A stretch of DNA of 57,090 nucleotides, counting the filler, from Circinaria calcarea (taxonomy: Eukaryota): the NCBI GenBank assembly GCA_051942165.1. It is 5 parts of 5 records of this genome, joined end to end, with 100 filler letters (N's around TTAATTAATTAA, not from the genome) between each part and the next. Parts side by side here need not be neighbours in the genome. Positions count along the whole stretch, not along the records: positions 1 to 11,393 come from JAVECS010000688.1; positions 11,494 to 22,831 come from JAVECS010000689.1; positions 22,932 to 34,261 come from JAVECS010000690.1; 2 more parts are not named here. One strand, given 5' to 3'. Below, piece after piece: positions 10,542 through 24,751 of the stretch. Positions within the stretch are counted from its first letter, which is position 1. Every line of letters starts with the position of its first letter. The notes below the pieces were generated by a model. The model saw only the letters and a list, made by a program, of their open reading frames with translations. It did not search any database and was not told the DNA's origin. Both the position numbers and the translations under genes were made by a program.

Positions 10542-11393
10542 CACGAAGCCTCTTCGTTACACCTTTCCGGGGGGACACTGGGCCATAGACATAACCCTAA
10601 CTAAAATGGGGGTATTGGAAATCTTTTTTAGCAAATAGCTGCTATAGCTATATTTGTAGTCGTAGCTGTGAAAAATTCCGGGCGGGTAGGTTGGTTAGTT
10701 AACTCCCTCACTTCACTCCACGCATATTTCCTAGAAATGGGAGGGAGGGAGTTATGTATTTTATCTACCCCTCTGCTTTTCTGTCCTTTTTTCCTTTTCG
10801 CCCTCTGTCCCTTTTTCTTCAATTTTCTAATTTTTATTTTCTCTTGGAAGAAGAGCCTCGCCTACGTCGCTACGGGGGTACGGTGGCATAGATATAGGTA
10901 ATTGCAAGTTCGAATCGGAGTTTTTTTTTTTGGGCAAATGCAAAAACTGGATCGATTAGCAAAAACAGGAGTTTATTTATTTTGTTAGTTTTAACCATGG
11001 GCCGAAAGTTGCATGTACGTGGTATGTATATGAGTATTCCGGGGCCGGGGGGAAGGGGGGAAGGAAACGGCCCGTTCTACGGTACCATAAGTCATTCGCG
11101 TTTTGATCGTTTCGTTTCGTTTCGTTTTTTTTTTGGGATTCGGTCATTCGGAACCCGGATTGGGGGCCGGTGGGTACACTTACCCAAGTCCTTACATGAG
11201 AGTTCCGCGGTCCCCCAACAACCAATAAAAAAAAAAGGGGCAGGGGCGATTGAAATAGTTGGCCAAATTTGCCGAGATCCCCCACTTCCTTTTCCTTTTC
11301 CTTCCCCCGAATCCTTGTTTTGGTTGCGGGCTGGAAAAAGCCGGGAATAAAAAAAAACAAATTAAAACTTTGGGAACAAGAAAATCTCATCCC

Positions 11394-11493
11394 NNNNNNN
11401 NNNNNNNNNNNNNNNNNNNNNNNNNNNNNNNNNNNNNTTAATTAATTAANNNNNNNNNNNNNNNNNNNNNNNNNNNNNNNNNNNNNNNNNNNN
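11394..11493. other. Artificial contig spacer
   Basis: 44 N + TTAATTAATTAA (stops in all frames) + 44 N. Confidence 0.98.
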
Positions 11494-12017
11494 GTCCATT
11501 GCACAGCTTCCTGATCAACGGTCTTGCCGTTCGATAGTTCTGCTTCGACGCAAGCGAGCTGCCTGCCTGTGGTCGCATCTGTGATCAAGATCTTCACCAG
11601 TCCGTCGAGATCTGGGACACTAAAGGCAACGCCAGGGATTTGACTGACAACATCCGGAGAGAACTGCGAGTTGGAATTGATGACAATTTGACCAGGATTC
11701 ATAGGGCAAAGGGAGCTCAGCTCTGCGTTACCACAAGGATCTATGGTTTGGTTGAAAGCAGTGTAACCATAGGCGATGGCTTGTATATTGGCAATAATAT
11801 TCCCTCTGATGGTTGAGACGCCATTGATATTGTATGTGAGCGTGCCGTTGTCGGGTGTGAATACAACATCGAACAATGTCGCCGTGAACCCCGAATTATC
11901 TTGACAAGCGTTCAGCGAATTCGATTCGATTAGCCGCGCAGCTGTTGCCAGTGCGGAGAGGATAAGGATGATGGCGGAGCGAAGAGGGAGCGAGTTGACC
12001 GTTGATAGTAGTCGCAT
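11494..12017 (-). CDS. FLC/TRP-like membrane protein, N-terminal ML-like (TRP_N) domain; 3' truncated by contig end
   Basis: Signal peptide, then IESNSLNACQDNSGFTATLFDVVFTPDN..AYGY..DPC..LCPM..IPGVAFSVPDLDG..LACVEAELSNGKTVDQ, typical of the fungal flavin-carrier/TRP-like family. Confidence 0.85.
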
Positions 12018-13488
12018 CTTCGTCACCGCTCCTGAAAGACTGGAAGCTTATGTAGTCGCCTTCACCGAACTGACTGGCGGAAATGACAGATCGTATGGAG
12101 TAATGCGACTTGTTCGACTCGTGCCTCTCCTACTGATGCACACTTTCTCCAGAACGATGAGTCGGTTTCATGCAATGCAGCCGACAGTTCCGAGAAGTAT
12201 GAATGAGGATGTAGAGAATGGTGGTCGCTCGGCCAATGAGGCAAATCAAGGAAATCAAGTGAGCGACAACCCAAGTTAGGGTACTTTTAGTGCATTGACA
12301 GGCAGTAGTACTTCTTTGTAGCTGTGCGACGAGCGAGAGGCGGCAAGATTTGGTCTTGAGCGTCGTAACAATAGATGGAATGAAACAGCGATAGTGGTGG
12401 AGAGAGAGAGAGAGGTTTGATGGCGAGAGTTGTGATGGTGGTGATGTTGTGGGAGATGGAGAGTGAGACTGCAATGAATGACAGACAATTTCCTCCGTAT
12501 TCGAACGAGTGGTCAGGGGAGACCATCCATATGGTAGCGGAAAGGGTATTACTTTCTACCGAAAATGGCGTGGGGTCAGCCGCGCACGCCGCGTAATGCT
12601 CCGGACTCTAATAAATTCATATGATGATTTGTGTACATTCTTGATTTCGTCCCGGATGTCGGTACTGCTTACCCTTAAAGCCGTTGACAACGGTATTGGC
12701 TGTGATGCAGAGACACATTGTGGATCTTGTTACATACGGTAGAAGGTATCACTCCTACTTCCAAAAGCACGCCCTTGAAGAAAAGTTGCCACCTTGTAGT
12801 CCAATCAGAATCACTTCCTATGGGAGTCCAAGAAGCATAGCCCCAGCTGAGAGTTTAGTCGACTGGGCGGCATTTCACATGGATAATCAACTTGGCCCTT
12901 GGCCCAGTCCATTCCGGCACTCGACATTCTATTTCTTTGATGCCTTGGTTAAGGGTGCGGTTCTCAGCGTTGGGAGTCAAAGCGGTCTTTAAATTGGCTC
13001 AACGATGCAGGAACCCGCAGTGCGTACTAGGGGCCGACAGCGGCTCGATATCTTCCTATTACTACGGAGTATCGTACGCCTACACAGTGCTGCACCCTCG
13101 CGCAGACGACATGAGACACATTCGGAATGTATGAGATCGTCAATGTTAGCCTCGTTTTGCGGTGTGGTACCCAGGTACTTGGTACAGTATCACTGGTGGA
13201 AAATGAAATATTGATGCCGGATTTGACGGAAGTTACCGTATATTGCTATTTGCTATCTAGTCTTCACGAGTAGATCGTTTTATACTCTCACAGACACACT
13301 CTTGTAGAGCAATAGGGGAATAACTTGTCGTTCATCAATGGCATGTGCATAGTAGGAGTATAACTAGCTTACTTCTATCAGGTTAGCTTATCCGCTGAGA
13401 TACCCCGCTAGTACAAACTCTAATACTTTTGCTGTGAACAAATTCAATCCGGTTCTATCTAACAAGAAAATTTAGTGACGGACCGATC

Positions 13489-15544
13489 ATGGAGAACTCG
13501 AACCTGCATTCAAAAAAACGAAAGAGAAAGCATAAAAGCTCGCGACTATCTGGTGATCCCAGTGCGCCTCTTGAGGAGAGTAATAAGGTGGAAGCGCCTG
13601 TGGATGGTGTTGTGAAAGAAACTGGCAGCGGATCAACAAAATTACACAAAAAGAGCAAACACAAGCATGGTCCGGAAGGCTTCGAGGATGATGTACCAAC
13701 AGAGTCTGCGCGTACAGTTGGCGCAGAAGAAGTCCATACCAATGGCAACGATGCAGAAGATCCGGAAAACGGAACGCAGGGAGGCGGGGAAGTGACTGAC
13801 GGTCAAGGTCAGCGTCAGGCATCGAGCCTCGATATACCGTCTACTACATCGCTCTCTCTACCTTCGACAGGAACTACGCTTCAAAAGTTCTCGGATTTAA
13901 ATCTTTCGAGCAAGACAATGCAGGCAATCGAGGATATGAAGTTTGTGACCATGACGGAGATTCAGCAAAGAGGTATACCGCCTTTGATGGCTGGTAGAGA
14001 TGTTCTAGGCGCTGCCAAGACGGGCTCAGGCAAGACGCTGGCCTTTCTGATTCCTGCAGTGGAGATGCTGAGCGCATTGAGATTCAAGCCTCGGAATGGT
14101 TAGTGATGGACCTACGTATAATCTGACATAGTACTAAAATCGTTTAGGTACCGGTGTCATAGTGGTCTCGCCGACACGAGAGTTGGCCCTCCAGATATTC
14201 GGTGTTGCCAGAGAGCTCATGGCTCATCACTCTCAAACGTATGGAATAGTCATTGGAGGCGCCAATCGGAGGGCGGAGGCTGAGAAGCTAGCAAAAGGTG
14301 TAAATCTAGTTATTGCTACGCCTGGTCGGTTACTGGATCATTTACAGAATACGCAAGGTTTTGTGTATAAGAACATTAGAGCATTAGTCATCGACGAGGC
14401 AGATCGAATACTGGAAGTGGGTTTCGAAGATGAAATGAGACAAATTGTCAAGATCCTACCAAAGGAAGAACGGCAGACAATGTTATTTTCAGCAACGCAA
14501 ACAACGAAGGTCGAAGATTTGGCTCGAATATCACTCCGACCTGGACCTCTATACATTAATGTAGATCACCAGAAGGAACACAGCACAGTGGAAGGTAGGG
14601 TCTTCATCAAGTTGTCGTCTACTGGGCTAACAGATTGCCTTGTAGGCCTAGAACAAGGATATGTGTTATGCGACTCGGACAAGAGATTTCTCCTCTTATT
14701 CTCCTTTCTGAAGCGTAACATCAAGAAAAAGATTATCGTGTTTTTCTCAAGTTGCGCTTGCGTCGACTATCACTCGGAGCTCCTTAACTACATTGACCTT
14801 CCCGTCCTTGGGCTTCACGGAAAGCAAAAACAACAGAAGCGGACCAACACTTTCTTCGAGTTTTGCAATGCAAAGCAAGGCGTTTTAATCGCAACTGATG
14901 TCGCCGCTCGTGGGTTAGATGTATGTGTACTGCGCTCTGCCTTTCTGCAGCGCTGACGTTTACGTAGATACCCGCAGTGGACTGGATAGTGCAATTTGAT
15001 CCACCAGATGATCCAAGAGACTACATTCATAGAGTAGGTCGTACGGCAAGGGGTTCAGGCGGTAAAGGTCGAAGTTTGATGTTCCTGCAACCATCCGAAG
15101 TTGGTTTCTTGAAGCATCTAAAAGAAGCTCGAGTACCGGTTGTAGAGTTTGAGTTTCCAACAGCACGCATAGTCAACGTACAGTCCCAGTTGGAGAAACT
15201 GATTGGACAAAACTACTATCTCAACAAGGTGAGTCGGAACTGGTATGACTCTGTGTTTTCTGCGGTACTGTGCTAAATCGTCGTAGTCTGCGAAAGACGG
15301 ATACCGCTCATATCTTCAGGCGTACGCATCCCACAGTTTGCGGTCCATCTTCGATGTCCACAAGTTGGACCTAGTCAAAGTCGCCAAAGGATTCGGCTTC
15401 AACTCCCCACCTCGAGTCGACATTAGCCTAGGCGCCAGTATGAGCCGCGACAAGAAGACGGAGGGCAGACGGGCTTATGGCAGCCAGCCGAAGCAGGGTC
15501 AGAGGTTTCAGCGAAAAAGGGGGGTCGATGGAAATAAGGATTAA
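13489..15544 (+). CDS. HAS1: ATP-dependent DEAD-box RNA helicase Has1
   Basis: [47 protein letters not shown]; introns 14099-14147, 14595-14645, 14921-14967, 15229-15286; C-terminal [24 protein letters not shown]. Confidence 0.96.
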
Positions 15545-17322
15545 ACTTTCTTTTTGCGTGGTCGTTGGTAGATGGACTGTGACTGCCAATACGTCTTCTC
15601 TATCTACGGTTGTGGCATAGCGCGGCGTTGGTGGTAGTGGTCAACAGGCAGGCCTTGGGAAGGCAGTCATAGACTTTCGAGGGTATTGCCAACCATTTGC
15701 TCGGTCACCTCCTGAGCATAACTCCGTGCTTCGATCTGCTCTAGGATTCCACCTACTGAGTGACGCTGGCATTTAGTAGTTCCAAAACCGGCATCGATTT
15801 AGTTGGTAAGCACCAGATTGATTCCTGGTCATATACGCGACATCCAGTTGAAGAAACACTTACCGCCGGTCTTTTCCGTTTCGCGCTTCCGCTTGGGCAT
15901 AATGTCTTGCTGTGGGTTTTCGAGTCGGAAGAAGTGGTGGACAGCTGTATATGTAGCTGCCAATGGGATGGATGGATGGCAAGGGCGCTAACGTCAAAAG
16001 GTTTGGATGGACAAATAAACATTTGGTGGCCGTGGTAAGTGTTTTATATGGCACGCTATTCTACAAAGGTGTATATCATGTCATCCGTAGCCGTCGCTTC
16101 TTACACTAGGGGGCACTACCAATGGAACACTTTACACCGTCCTGGTCAGGTACCTGGACCATTAGTAGGGGTTTCGGTCACCGTAAAAGCATAGTCGTGG
16201 TTTGATAGACTTACAAAGCCGTCGCGTCAGGCCTTTGACTTTTCTGCTTACTGCGTAGTAAGAGTCTGTCGGGAGATGAAAGTCTGATTGCAACTGTCTC
16301 TAGCAGGACAATGTTGCATTCTCGAAACGAGCTACTCCATAACAGCGGAGAAAGTTGATGGCCGTCACAGCACAAGTCGTTGATTGGTGACTTGGGATTG
16401 TGTACAGGCCGACTAGGGAAGGTAGAGAGCATCATCGCCAGGCGTTTGCTGCAGATCAGTTGGTGGATCGATGTCGGGGAGGGAGTACCAAAAGGCCGTA
16501 TTGGTAAAAGCAGCGTATCGTCAAAAGGCGCCAGTGACGGTCATGCACATTGCCTGCCAACCACAACCTGGTACAGGCGCTGCTGGCCGCAAATCCCCGC
16601 CACTTTCACGTCGCCGTTGTACAACTGCAGTGGGAAGTGGTCTAGTGAGGTCCCTGCCGCTCCGCTGAGGGAGAGAGCTCGAACCTTGGCTGCGTTTGTT
16701 GTGTTTCCGTAGTCCGAGTGAACTAAAACTAGGATGCCACCCTCAGGAAGCTTTGGCACTATTATATCGTCTTCTTGTTTCTGGAGAAACCGCTTCTTGG
16801 CCGTTCATCTTTTTTTTCGGGGATAGGACTGAAGGTGACGCTTCTCATCAGTGTCTGGTCCTAGCTGTACGCACCGTTGCCGTCGCAGTTGGTGCATTGT
16901 AGTTACGGTCGGAAGGCTGAGGGCGGGGAGGAAGTCGCTCCTACTCCGTACCGAATGCACCATCACTGCCTCTGCGCACAAGGCCACTCATGATCGTCAC
17001 CCTCACTCCGTCCATACCATCGTCTGCATTGACCAGCAGTAACTGGCGTTTACGCTGGTGCTACTAGCTCTTTGCAGTTCTAAGTTTCTGATTATCTCTG
17101 TGACAGCAGCCGTTCGTTATCCAAGTCAAAATCATCCGCCGATGTTATCCTAGAAGTTCGGTGTCTCAATTCACTGTACAGCTCCATTTACTTATTCAAG
17201 TATTTCAGCAGCAGCGGCAGCCACGCCTGATCTACCACCGGTTTGCGCAACTCTCGTCGGAACATCTGCTAGTGCAGCCCAACACTGCGATTCCATGATA
17301 CCCCAGCCTCGAGCTTAACGCA

Positions 17323-20300
17323 ATGGGTGTTGATACCCGCAAACCTCCATTGCCCGCCCCGACAGAGTCTCCAACCCTTCAGACGTCCGGGGAGGATTTG
17401 GCGGTTACAGACCTTGCCACGAATATTTCTCGGCGGACCGACCACACATCCTACTCGATTCCTGAAGACGGTAGCCCAATAACCATAACAACGAACAAAA
17501 AGAAAGATCATAAACATAGGGATCAGGAGAGCACTCTAACTCGAGCATCGCACCAGTCGCAGACATCTTTATTGATCGAGTACTTTGAGGGTGGCAAAGG
17601 TCCGAACGTTCACTCGAGACCAAGCGTCCGAGTCAAAGTTACACCATCTTCGGCGCGCAAAGCGAAGGGCGCCAAGGATCATATTCAGATTACAGAAGGC
17701 GGCGGCCACCGTAAACCATCATACACGAGGCGCATATCACTGGGACCGACCGGCGCTACAGAGAAGATTGTTGAAAGTGACCAGAGAAGTATAAGCTCAT
17801 ACACCTCGGCTGCAGAGGACTCCAGCTTGTCTGGAAGGCGTCCACCTGTGGAGATCGAAGTGATGCACAAAGATCAAGGGAGCGATTTATCTGGAGCCAG
17901 CATACCCACAGAGCTCAATTACATGACGCATAACACATTCAATACCTCTGACATATCATCGATGCCACCAGACAGTATGCTCGAAGACAATGGCGCTAAC
18001 CTAACTCCACGGCGTAATCGAAGCCGGAGCTTGACACGAGAGGAGATGGTTATCACAAATGATACTCTCAAGACTCCATCGAGACGACGAAGCCGGAGTT
18101 TGAGTCGAGAGCGCATTGCGCAGAAAGTAATAGAGAAGCTGGGAAAAGAGCCTCGACATATTAGTGGTGGGGGGAAACAAAGGCATGCAAGTCATAGTCG
18201 AAGTGGAAGTATCTCCAAGGAGCAACTTGTCGAGACGGTCCAGTCGCCAAAACGGCGATTGGAAAAGTCTGGTAGACATCACCGTACGGATGAACCACCG
18301 AGTGGCGCTGAATCCAGCATCGTGACTGGTTCGCAACTATCAGATCGCAGAAAATCTGGTGATCAATATTCATTCCGTTCAGGAACATCCAAATCTTCGT
18401 TGAATAATCCCAAGCTGCTTGAGACTGTTGAGGATGCTATACGACGCTTGATTCTCCCGGAACTGACAGCTTTGAAGCATGAGCAGAAAACCCAGCAGAA
18501 TCGCTCCAAATTCGAGCGGGATAGGAGGGACTCTTTTGCCTCCGGCAGTAGTGTTTCGCGTGAGGAACTCACTCGGAGGGTTTCGAAGCATTCAAGTGCT
18601 CCGGATATATCGGGGAAGCCAAAGGTGGTGCTCAACCGTGACGACAATAGTCCGGGGATTATACTCTCTGGGAATTCGGTTAAAGGGAGAAAAGATCAAA
18701 GGCGTGACCGAGATTACGATTCTCCTTCGGAAAGAAATTACCATCGTGGGCCATCGGAGGAGACTGTCATTCGCGACGAGGGTAAACTCTCACGAAAGCG
18801 TAGTAAGGATAGTCATCGGTTGAGAGATGCAGCAGCTGGAGCCATAGCAGGAGGCATCCTAACTCACGCTGCCTTGAAGCACCATGACTCTCGTTCAAGT
18901 GTGGATAGGCGCGAGAGGAGGAAGAAGAGGAGCAAGAGTCATAGTCGAAGCGCAAGTCTCGCCGAGAGCACCGAAGAGATATTCCACAAGCACGAGGTTC
19001 CCCTTATGCCAATGCGGAGCGAGATCAATGATTCGGAGTTAACAAGAGACTCAATCTTATCCGAACGAACATCAACCCCAACTTCAGAGCGTCACAAGGC
19101 CGAGATCCGTGAAGTCGCTCGAGGATCTCCACGGGAGGTATTGTCACCGGCATCAATAACCCCTACACGATCACCTGGCGGTCTACAGCATGGCTTTGGG
19201 ACACATCATAGTAATCTCTCTCGTGGCGATGTTAATCTGCATAGCCCTGGGAGTGAAAGGAGCTTCCAAGACGACGTTCATCATTCTTACGCTGAAGAAG
19301 CCGCTCTTGTCGGTGCGGCGGCCGGTGTTGATGCTTTTGCCCCTGACCTTATGCGCAGTGGCCATGATCGAAAGGAGAGCCAACCATACAGGCATCACAC
19401 ACACGGGCGTGGCTTAAGCCCGATTCAGAGTGTTGCTAGCTTTGAAGAAGAAAGCGAACCGCCCAATCGAGATTCCATCCGGATCCATAGCGCTGGATCT
19501 TTGTCTTCTGCTGGCCAGCATCACAGACAGAACTCGGCGGTATCAATTGACACCCTTTCCTCGGCTGCCAGTACCAGCTTCGCTCGCTCCAAGCGACCTC
19601 AAGGTATTAATTTAGAAGATAGGAAAGATATCCTCGAGCAACACAATCTTAGAGACCCTGAACCTCGACATGAAGAGTATTCCAAAGACCCTGCCGTGAA
19701 TAAGTGGTATGATCAACAACACGAAGAGAATGAACGCTATCGTGATTCGATGGGGGACAGCAGCTACAGAGACTCGACTGTCGATGTCAGGCATATGACT
19801 AACTATAAGGACGACAGTATGGATGCGCCATATCTAGACAAAGTTACTACTACCCAACAGATCCGCGGCATGGGTGCCAATGCTGAGTATATACATACAC
19901 CAATCGCCGTGGAATCCGCAGTGGCTTCCTTACACGATCCATCCGTACTTGACGTTCATTCCACCCTATCCGGACGTTCTAAGCTCGGGGAACTCTCATA
20001 TCTAGATTCGCCGAACGATGAGCAGCAAGATGACACGGAGAACCGGGACAGCTTTCATTATGGCATTGAAAACGAAAAGCATGGAAGTCCATTGAGACAG
20101 CACTATGAAGCAGATCTCCAGAAATCTCGATCACTATCGGCCGAGTCACACGCTAAGCGGTCTTCAGCAGACGTGAAAGAACAAGGTACCCCGCAAGCTC
20201 CTAGGGAACATGAAGAACACATACCCATGGGAGCCAGTGGCTTGCCTGTTGCAGACGATCCTTTGCCTGAGATCGGCCACTTCCAACATTCTGAATCTGA

Positions 20301-22743
20301 TATTAGTACCAACCCCTCAATCATTCAAGGACCCATTGGTGGCGTGCCCCACGACAACCGTGACCACTGGCCTTACCAACCCACGCCACCATTGTCCAAG
20401 GGCGATTTACTGCAACGATCTAATAACACCAGCGCTCATGAGAGTCTCAAAGCTGCTGCTGCGAATATGCTCAGCGCCGCAGCTGGAGCCGGGGCTGGCG
20501 CAGCGTACGCCAGGAGGGATCGTGAGAAGCAGACCTCTCAGGAGAAGGATCTTGCTCTAAACGCAGACAGTCGTTCGCCAATGTTGAACCAAGAGTACGA
20601 GTATGAGCGGAACATAAACCATGACTTTGGGCCGATCCGAGATACTTATATGAGTGGCCAATCAATACCTACTCCTCCCGGGGCAAAGGATGAGGGATAT
20701 ATATCTGCCGCCAATCCGCGATCCGCAGGTGCCTTGACTCCTGATTACAGGGCGAAAGGTGTTGTAATATTGGGAGAGGACCATCTAAGGGATGTGGATG
20801 ATCCGATGGCAGGAGATGATCCATTTGTCGTTGGGAAAACGCATACCAGACATTTAAGCGGTAACTCGCATGGGATGGCATCCCCACTGTATGATAGTGC
20901 TACAGGCCGAGGCATTGATCGAATCCAGTCCAAGGACATAGTCGCGTTAATGGACCATGTAGGATATGAGCAAGATGCTGTACTGGATACGCGCTAACGA
21001 TTTATAGCTCACTGTCCGAGATGCTCAACGGAATGCTCGGGACACGGAGATTTTAGTGACGTTGGTTAGGAGCGCCGCCGAGATGCGTAATTCTTTCGAG
21101 GATTTAAAGAGATTCATTGCAGAGCAAGATGACATGATGATGGATACGACTGGCAAGCAGCATGATCGTACCGTGCAGAAGATCATTGGAGGCCCGCGTC
21201 CACAGCCACTGGGGACTCCACGTATACCACGTCGTGTCTCAACAGAAGATGATACGATGGACGATATGCCTGCCAAGAGGCGCAATGTTTTCAGACGAGC
21301 CCTGAAAGGCTTAGGTGGTGGACGTAACTCCAATGACCTTGGACGTATTGAGGATATGCTTGTCCAGCTTCTCGGCGACATGGAAGGGTTGAAGGCTGGT
21401 CAGGACATCAGGCCAAATGCTGGCATGACTCATCGCGATAGCTACCAATCTTACGATGATGCACGTGAGGTAGCGCCGGAAGGGTATGAACCCGAAGGAC
21501 AAGCAGGTACATCATCAACAGGGAACCAATCTGGATCTTTGTCACTTGCCACGTCTCGACATAGCAATGCAGGTGTGAGAGGGTTTGATGGCCGTCGAGC
21601 GTCTCAGAATAGGGTCAGTACGGTTCTAGAAGGAGACGAAGAGCTTGATGTCCATGAGCAAAACTTGGTACCACGACAATTCGAGAACAATGGGCAGCTC
21701 CTAACTCCAACGCAAGAGGTTCCCCGTGGCGGCTCTGTACCCTTGGACACCCCGCCAACGGTAAACATTGCGACAGGTGCTCAGAGCAATGAACACACGC
21801 CAAGGACCATCACCGACAAGAGCCGTAAACACAAATCCAGCAGTTCTTCATTCTTTCCCAAGATATCTCGATGGTCTAAAACCACTGCATCTTCGGCCCA
21901 TGATAATGAAAACGTGAGGAACAGCGGACGTCGAGATCGACCTCTCTCGGAAGCGTCTCGCTCAGGCTCGGACCTCAATTATAACACTAACGAACATTAC
22001 GATCCACAGGGTGATGACCGGCTACGTTCGAACGCGTCCCTCGCCGATGATCGCCCGCCATCCCCTTTGATTCCTTCGCATATTTCAGAAAAGCCGGCGT
22101 ACCAAGCACACCGTGATTCTCTCAACCTTCAGCACCCTCAGCCAAGGCAAGGGCCAACCGGTCGCTACCAAAACCATCTCGAGTCTCAAGCACAAACCTT
22201 TGGCTCTCCCATCTCACCCACATCTGATCAGTGGGGTTCAAACCCGATCCTCTCTCGGTTCGCGTCTGGCCCTGGTAATCGTCATAGCGGAGGAGCGGGA
22301 AATCTGTCTCCCATCTCCGACGCAGGCTTTTCGCAAGCATCCGCAGCAGAACAGAGCCATGCACCGGTTCGACCTCCCAAAATCAGGGACGATGGGCCAT
22401 TGATACCCGTTCGGCCGGCAAAAATTGCCGTAGGCGAAGGCAAACCTACCTTTGCGGAAAGATCAGCTGCTGCAAACGAAGAACAGAGGTACAGTAACGG
22501 TACTTTGGGATATGAACAGGTATGTATCTCTTCATCTCCCATCCGATGCAACTTACTTATTCCAGGCAGGCGAACGGTTCACCTCGTAATGGCCAAGTGC
22601 CCCAGCGCAAACCGACGGGGCCTAGACCGATCTCTACATCTGGGAACTTCAGTCCCGGTAAGGCGCCGGACCCGATCAAGCGGACCAGGTACCGAGGAAG
22701 CCCGAACCACGTTGAGGGTTCGAAGGAGGATGTCACCTGTTAG
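17323..22743 (+). CDS. Large (~1770 aa) mostly disordered fungal protein of unknown function, 3 exons
   Basis: Long ORFs joined by GT-AG introns 20959-21007 and 22520-22569; ordered islands SLLIEYFEGGK, LLETVEDAIRRLILPEL, DIVALMDHLTVRDAQRNARDTEILVTLVRSAAEMR. Confidence 0.85.
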
Positions 22744-22831
22744 AAAGTGTGCTATGGTGACATGATGTGTAATCTTTGCGAATCCAAAAGGGGCTGTTTA
22801 GGATGCTCGGGGGAGGGGGAGGGGGATATGG

Positions 22832-22931
22832 NNNNNNNNNNNNNNNNNNNNNNNNNNNNNNNNNNNNNNNNNNNNTTAATTAATTAANNNNNNNNNNNNN
22901 NNNNNNNNNNNNNNNNNNNNNNNNNNNNNNN
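22832..22931. other. Artificial contig spacer
   Basis: 44 N + TTAATTAATTAA + 44 N. Confidence 0.98.
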
Positions 22932-23508
22932 CTATATATTATGCCTATTATATCGTACTCCGTGTACTACTTACTCAAAATAGGAAACTACTATACATAG
23001 TTATATCATCCCCTGAAATATTTATACTTTCCCATGGACCTTCTACAAGTCACATAAGACGCGGAGGGAGAATGGTCTGATTACAACCGACCGGATAACG
23101 TTACACTCTCACTCGTACCAGTCCCAGTACTACCGTAGCGTTCATAACTCAATCCTCAGGTAGCTCACTATCCGCCCTTTATTAAAGGCTCTACCAACTC
23201 AACAAGGGGGTTTCGCAGTTATCTGACCTCTTGCTCATCACTTGGGGACGTCCGTCGGATACTGTGTCAACGAACCATATATCCGCACTCTGGAGGTAGT
23301 AAAGTATGGACGAATGGAGTAAAGGGAATACTTGACGTTTGAGCTTTGGAAGGCAGAAAGAAGGTATATATGATGGGTAAGAGATGGGGGAAGTTTCCCA
23401 TGGGCTAAAGAAGAGAGAGAGAGACCTGGCGGAATTGGGGTATATAAGATGAAGAGCTTGTGGGGAAACGAGATAATGGGAGGAGGGGGGTGGTATAACA
23501 AAAGTGGC

Positions 23509-24751
23509 ATGAGGCCCAAGATAGCACCGGATGAAGCTGCTCGTGCAATGGAGTGTGAGGGCTGGCTCCTTTTCGGTAATTATCCACCATGCCCTATCGT
23601 CCTTGTTGGAGATCCCAAGCAACTTGATCCTATTATCAAGAGCCAGCCTCTTAACAGCGGCTTCATCAAGCAATTGGCGTTACCATTGTTCACACGCCTG
23701 ATGAAGATGGGTCACCCGTCTACCCTTCTCGTGGAACAATTCCGTATGCTTGGACTCTTTTCGAATTTGACGTCGTGGACTTTCTACCAAGGGTCGTTGG
23801 TCAATGCTCCTGGTACTTCTCAAGAGAATCGTCTTATGGCTCAAAAGTTGGCCGAGTTCAATTTCAACCAATACGGACTGCGAAGCCCTGGCGTCATTAT
23901 TGATGCCACAAGTCATGCGGAGAAAGATCCCAATTTCTCAACGTTCAACTATATCACGGCTTCGATCACCCTCGACTTTCTCGAGAAACTCGTCGCGCTT
24001 GATGGTGTCAAGGCTGAGAATATTGCGATTCTCACTCGGTATACGGCGCAAATTCGTGTATCGATACGTACTCTTGGAACTACGCAAAGCCAACCCGGCG
24101 CTGCTTATCGAAGACGTCCAGATCAACACGATTGACTCTATCCAGGGAGGCGAAGCAGATATCCCGCTTTTGGATCTCTGTGTTTCCAATCAGATCGGTT
24201 TTCTCAAGTACCTCAACCGCGTCAACGTTGCCACCTCCAGAGCCCGTGACGCCATATATATTATGATTGACATCAAGGGCCTATACCATGGTGCGAGGTC
24301 AAAGGACCGAAAATAGGTCACCGAGGTAATCACATACTCTCGGAATCGGAGTATTGTGCACCAGGTCCCAGATGAGTACCCTCCCTCGGAACGTTTATCT
24401 GGCAGATCTTTTCTCGCACCCAGATGAAGCAGAAGAAGATAGTGAGGACGATCAGAAGGATGAAGGCTCCCCTTACCTCAACAGCTGGTGACGCTGTTCC
24501 GCCCTCCAATGGCCGAAGACTCCCAGACTTCAAGTGGTATGGATGTCGATAAGCCTGCCGATACGCCGGCTACACAGGCAATCGCCAAGGACTCTAAGCC
24601 TTTAGGTAATATGGATATCGATAAGCCTACTGACACATCCATTCAAGCTACTGACGAAGTGGTGTTGGGTGGAACAAGTGCAAGCGAGGACGCTACGGCC
24701 ATGGCTGAGGCTTCGGACACGCAAGATCCCCTGAGGATCCCCGCTTGCTGA
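23509..24751 (+). pseudogene. Upf1/DNA2/NAM7-like superfamily 1 helicase relic (C-terminal half), frameshifted
   Basis: DEAA, LVGDPKQL, LFTRL..L..QFRM, IAILTRYTAQ; after a frameshift near 24055: TIDSIQGGEAD, GFL..NRVNVATSRAR; TAG at 24314; broken acidic tail; no Walker A upstream. Confidence 0.82.

Noticed and set aside
10355..10588. (KV)n and (HL)n ORFs
   Set aside because: Translations of the TCACCT microsatellite
10592..10601. Telomere-like TAACCCTAAC
   Set aside because: Fewer than two copies
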